Assembly (NCBI GenBank): GCA_964016885.1
Contig: OZ024740.1
Span: 272,490,001 to 272,554,000 of the forward strand
Reading direction: 5' to 3'
Source: Eledone cirrhosa
Lineage: Eukaryota
DNA: 64,000 bases
Positions 58,543 through 64,000 of this stretch are shown piece by piece (position 1 is the first letter of the stretch; every line of letters starts with the position of its first letter). The notes beneath the pieces are model-generated. The model was not told where the DNA came from and made no database searches. It saw nothing but the letters and a program-made list of their open reading frames with translations. The translations under genes and the position numbers were made by a program.

Positions 58543-58729
58543 TATTTTCCGTTGTGTTGTAATATAAATATTACACACAGTAGATTATCAGCTCACGTAG
58601 AGTTTGCTCGACGGTTCCAGTTGTAGTTCCAGTTGTAGAAACACGTGTCAATAAATTCCTTTCAACTAAACTGTATCCATTCAAATATTTCTCTCTCTCT
58701 ATATATATATATATAACAAAAACAAAGAA

Positions 58730-58901
58730 CAAAGAAGGTGTGGTAAGATACCAGGTCGACCATACGCACCAGAGTACTCGATACTTAGGGTAGTAGAGTG
58801 GGTAATAGTAAGGACCCCGATGGCTGAGCTCCGGCTGTTTCGACAGCTAGATCTAGGTGTCAAAACGGCCAGAGCTCAGCCGTCGGGATCCTTACTATTT
58901 T

Positions 58902-58983
<82 letters not shown>

Positions 58984-59108
58984 ATTTTACGGCGTGGTAG
59001 GGTCGCAAAGTGCTCTACTACGGGAATAGGAGCTAGATAACGAAGGAAATGTGGTAAGGAACCAGGCGGACAATAATGGTCCACCTGGTTCCTTACCGCA
59101 TTTCCTTC

Positions 59109-59113
<5 letters not shown>
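58730..59113 (-). mobile_element. Two family F1 fold-back fragments in (TA)n (58730-58903, 59037-59113)
   Basis: Homologous to 1042-1129 and 1401-1450, with internal hairpins. Confidence 0.7.
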
Positions 59114-59190
<77 letters not shown>

Positions 59191-59324
59191 CGTGTGTGTG
59201 TGTGTGTGTATGTGTGTGTGTGTGTATGTATGTGCGCATGTAAACAAAGGCTAGAGAGTCGAAAATGATCGGTTTAATGTACTAAAACACACGCACACGC
59301 ATATATATATAAATATACACACTT

Positions 59325-59361
<37 letters not shown>

Positions 59362-59462
59362 CAGGTTGTTCCCGAAAAATGTATACATACTTCAACAGCG
59401 TTCTAATATATAATGGCTATACAGGTAATCATGGTGTCTATACATTTTTGGGGGACACACTG
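59362..59462. mobile_element. Tc1/mariner-type mini-MITE
   Basis: TA|CAGGTTGTTCCCGAAAAATGTATA ... TATACATTTTTGGGGGACACACTG|TA. Confidence 0.7.
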
Positions 59463-59766
59463 TATGTATACTCTTTTATTCTTTTACCTGTTTCAGCCAT
59501 CCGGCTGAGGCCATGCTGGGGCACCGCCCTTTATATATATATTAGAAAGTGAGGTTTTTTTAAAAAAAATGAAAAATAACCGAGGTATCCTACACGAGTG
59601 AAAGTATAAAAGAAGAGGAAATCGAAAATGAAACTGGAGTCTTTTTCTTTTTAAATATATATTTATTTGCTTCGTTTGCCGGTTTCGCAGTTCTCCTGCT
59701 TTTCAAAAGTAGAATTGAGATGGAGGGTCTGTGGTTTTTCTCACATCTGGTTGGTCTTATACGGAG

Positions 59767-59882
<116 letters not shown>

Positions 59883-60289
59883 ATAGAGCAGTATTTTTGT
59901 TGTACTGGTAAAAATGGCGTACATTATTCGATATTTTCAGTCATTCGCAAAGACGATTCTCTCAAAAGAACATCAATCACATCAATAATAATAGAGGTGA
60001 AATGATGTATAGTATTGTCATAACAGCAAGGCGTATGTGCGTCCAGATTGTACGTACTGCAAAGGGAATCCATTAGCCCCTGCACCCATCAATACATGTG
60101 TGCGTATGTGTATATGTGCGTGTCGACACGCGTGTATATCTATAAACATAAAAAGGTATGCGAATTTGTGTATATTTGTGTTGCACCATAGAACATGTGT
60201 GTTTACGTATGTCATTGTGTTTATATGTGGATAGAAATGTATGTAGGATGTATGCTGATGTAGGTATGTATGTCAACGTGTGTATGTTG

Positions 60290-63012
60290 TGGGTTCGTCT
60301 TAGACGGGATCTGTATTTGTTAATAAAGTGAGATTCCTTGCTGATGCGCTGGGTGTGGGTGGCATTATCTTTAAATTTGTAGAGGGGAAAGATTCTAAAA
60401 TTGGGATGATTTTGGGCGGCACAGGTATCAATGTGTTCATTCAGTGCTATTTTTCTGTATTCCCGTATTTTGATTTGGGATCTATGGACAGTCATGCGTT
60501 GGCGGAAGCTGGTCTTAGTCTGGCCTATGTATTGTAAGCGACAACCTGAGCAAGTTAATACATATATTAGATGTTCTGATGCGCATGTGAAATCGTGTTT
60601 TACTATAAAACGTTGTCCTCGTTTGAAATAGAATTCCGAACCCTCTATTAGGTTGATGCATATGCCACAGTTGGGTCTATCGCATTTATTTTACTGTGGG
60701 TTTCGTTGTTGTGGTTGGCAGTACTTTCACATGTTAAGATGTTTTTCATTGACTTAGATTGTCTTTTGTTCTTTATGATATCGTGTGTTCGAAGGATTTG
60801 GTTCATTCTATGGTCCTTTTTTAATACAGTGATGTTCTGGAGGATGGTATCAAAGGCCTCATTATTGAAGGGGTTGTGTGTGGAGATGTATGGAAGAGCT
60901 TTTAGTTTCGGCTGATTAACTTTAGGTTGTCTAAGGTCCTGGGTACTGAGTTTTAGGGCACGTTGGATTCAATTGCCAATTAGTGATGCAGGGTAGTCCC
61001 TGCTTATGAGTGTGTCCTTTAGTTCTTGTAGACGTAAGTAACAGGTGTTTTATTGGAAACTATAGTGCAGATTCTCTTGGCTAAATTGTAGGGAATATTA
61101 ATTTTAACGTGTCTAGGGTGGCATGAATTGAAAGGAAGATATTGCTTGGAGTCCGTGGGCTTGTAGTATATGTCTGTTTCTATATTTTAGTTATGAATCT
61201 TAATGAGGATGGCTGTATTCAATTGTAAAATTAATATTCGTGTTGAGCCCATTTATAAGGGTGTGAAATTGTTTAAGTTTGTAAATGTTTTCGTGCCAAA
61301 GGATGAAGCAGTCATCTAGATATCTCTTCCAGTTCTTTTCTAAGTGGAGAGTTTACTACAAATTTGTTTAGTACTTTAGTGTAGAGGGTGATTTCCAGGT
61401 ATCCCGTGACTAGGTTGGCATAAGTGGGGGCCGTTTTCGTTCCCATAGCGGTCCCAGATTTCTGCCTGAAGAATTTGTTATTGAAAACGAAGTAATTATT
61501 CTCCAAGATAAATTTGAGTCCTTCTATCACGAATTCTTTTTTGATGCGTTGTGGGAGTTCATTGGGGTAATAATCCAGCCAGAATTGGATAGATTCTATT
61601 CCTAGGTTGTGGGGGATGTTGGAGTATATGTTGACTACATCGAATGTCACTAGCAGGGTTTGTTCAGTAAGGGGTATATTAGGGCGGTGGTTGAGCATAT
61701 CTAGGTCGTCCCTTATGTGCTTTTAATGTGTTTGAGAAAAGGCTTGAGAAGGGTATCAATGAAGTTGCTAAGGCGGTGGGTTTCGCACGCGGGGCCTGCT
61801 ATTATAGGTCTTAATTTGAGATCATTAGGTGAGGGGACATTGATGACTAAGTCTGTGGGTTCCTTGCATGCCTTACTTATTAATTCGCTTTTATGTACTT
61901 TAGGGATACCATAGAAAAGGCTGGATTTACTTGTGAAGTCTGTGATGAAGCTGAATTCCTTGTTAGTGAGTCCTTCTTTGGATGGGTTGATCAGAGTTTT
62001 TAGGTTTCTCATAATTTTCTGTTGATTGTAGTGTTCAGCCTTTTCGTAGTATGTTTCGTTTTCCAAAGAGGAGAGCGCTAAGTTGATATAGAATTCTGTT
62101 TCCATTAGGACTACTGCACTCCCTTTATTAGCCTCTTTAATTGTAATATTTCTGTAAGTTTTTAATGTATTTAATTCGTCCCATTCTTTCTTGTTGAGGT
62201 TTGGCTTGTGTTTTTGTCTGTGTAAGTGTTGGTAAGGAAAGTTTGTAATGTGTTCACTGAATTCGCCCAGGATTTTATTTCTACCTTTTGATGGGGTGTA
62301 GTTGCTTCTATTTCTGGCTAATGATTCATCCTCATTGTACTGGTCGAATAGTTCTTCACTGAGTCGTAACTTTCTACAGAATTCTGTGATGTCTTCCGTC
62401 ATTTCATAGTAGTTTTGACGTAGGGGGTCGGTGTGAATTTAAGACCTTTGGAGAGTAAGTTGACAAGGTTGGGATTTGGTTCTGCACTAGTTAAATTGTT
62501 CATTTTTTAATACTCTCGGTTTCTCCTCCCTGTCTTGTGTTATTTCGTTTGCCTGTATCTGTGTGCTGTGTCTAAAAAAATGGTTGGGGTAGAGGGGTTG
62601 TCTGCTGATGTTAAGTGGTCTCCTGTGTTTGTTATATTCCTTGTTGTTGTAAAATATGGTTCGGGTTCGTGGTTGTGGATTAAATGGGGTGTTCCTGTAT
62701 TGCGAGTATGGATGTGTGTTTCTATGTGCCATGTTGGATTGTGGTGTTATAGGTGGCCTACGTTGTTGGTTGTATCGGGTGGTGTGGGTTTGTTGTGTAT
62801 TGTGGAAGCGAGAGTTGAGAAAATGGAAATTACCTCGCTGTCCCCTTGAAGCGGGGAAGTTACGTCTATCATGGTGGTTGTATCTTTTCCCTATGTTTGT
62901 TGATGAGGCATCCACGTAGTAGTTGAATGATTTGGTATGGTATCTCCTTGAAGGGGGAAAGTTGTAAATCTCATTCTGGGGGTGATGATTTCTATGGTTT
63001 TTGTTCCTCCTA
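60290..63012 (-). mobile_element. Penelope-like retroelement (RT + Zn-finger + C-terminal GIY-YIG; Neptune-like layout), disrupted
   Basis: KEANKGSAVVL, FYGIPKVHK, LRPII, VTFDVVNIYSNIPH, GTAMGTKTAPTYANL, WKRYLDDCFILW, PNCGIC and LIYVLTCSGCRLQYIGQT. Several frameshifts. The 5' end abuts (TA)n. Confidence 0.92.
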
Positions 63013-63085
<73 letters not shown>

Positions 63086-63111
63086 TATATGTATATATAT
63101 ATATACATATA

Positions 63112-63224
<113 letters not shown>

Positions 63225-63283
63225 TTCGTTTCATTTTTTCCGTTTATCGTTTACGGTTCGTCCGGCCGATTAACTCACTCGAT

Positions 63284-63331
63284 ATGCAAATTAGGCTGCT
63301 CAGCCGTTAATATGCATAAGGAAAGTATATA
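63284..63331 (+). promoter_or_regulatory. Putative snRNA/U6-type promoter (octamer 63284, TCAGCCGT 63300, TATATA 63326)
   Basis: Spacing matches the 20315 and 48105 modules. Confidence 0.45.
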
Positions 63332-63365
63332 CTTTCAGACGTTCAATCATCTGGCAGGAAGGTAT

Positions 63366-63408
63366 ACGTTGCTGACGATAGCTAATAAGCTTGAAACTAG
63401 TACAGCGT
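63366..63408 (+). ncRNA. Type I hammerhead ribozyme
   Basis: ACGTTG-CTGACGA-tAGCTaataAGCTt-GAAAC-TA-GTA|CAGCGT, with palindromic stem III ACTAGT. Helix I extends over 63341-63427. Confidence 0.8.
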
Positions 63409-64000
63409 TCCTTTGTCAGTGTTGAACAAATGAGCAACGATGGTTGCTAGACACTACGGCTTAATTCGGGATGTTTGTTTACAAACACACCGAGCATTAT
63501 AATAAATGCTCGGTGAATCCATACGTACATATATATATGTGTGCATGTATGTATATATTTATACATACTACTGTACGTCTGTATACATATATGTATGTAC
63601 GTATACATACTTATATTTAAGTAACAGCCGTACTAAGAGTGAGAAATGAAATTTCGTTTCATTTTTTCCATTTATATATATATACAATGTTATATATATA
63701 TACAATGATATTAAATAAATGGAAACTCTATTTATAAAACCATATTTATTCTATTATATATATTTCAAGGGTACCAAAAACTTTGGTACGCTTTCATCAG
63801 ATAAAATACAAAGAGTGTTTTATAAATTGTGACATAGCCAAGGAAACTATACCTTATCAGCTAAATCTTCCTTGGGTAGTGAGATTAAAGAACGTATATT
63901 TCAAACTTATGGATGAATATGCAAATGAATATGTAAATAAGGTTGAGTTATATGATTAAAAAAACGTTATTTTAAACGCTATGGAAAGTTTAGATATATA

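Noticed and set aside
59665-59715. Hammerhead-like motif on the minus strand (TTGAAAA-GCAGgagaaCTGC-GAAAC) downstream of the Penelope element
   Set aside because: Stem II is good, but there is no NUH triplet or helix I pairing. At best a decayed remnant.

Overview
Very AT-rich animal DNA that looks intronic or intergenic. It is saturated with microsatellites ((TA)n, (CA)n, (GA)n, (TATG)n, (AAT)n) and mobile elements. The SINE types and repeat landscape suggest a cephalopod, Octopus-like genome; that is inference. No host protein-coding gene can be called with confidence, and almost all ORFs in the track are microsatellite translations. Recognisable content: about 25 copies of a tRNA-derived SINE with a Meta/MESC-like core; decayed LINE fragments (Tx1/L1, RTE, R4/Dong, CRE-like); a disrupted Penelope-like element (RT + GIY-YIG) at 60.3-63.0 kb; a non-autonomous Helitron; and Tc1/mariner MITEs. 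The main hidden signal is about 15 type I hammerhead ribozyme (HHR) motifs from about 10 sequence-unrelated small non-coding elements, mostly inserted in or next to (TA)n. They occur as 294-522 nt monomers with terminal redundancy or as fold-back inversions. Three unrelated ones share an upstream module with near-identical spacing: ATGCAAAT octamer, a PSE-like TCA(C/G)(C/T) box at +16 and a TATA-like box at +40 to +43. This suggests snRNA/U6-type promoter-driven, self-cleaving retrozyme-like elements mobilised by Penelope-like RTs. All structures were folded by eye and none has been tested.
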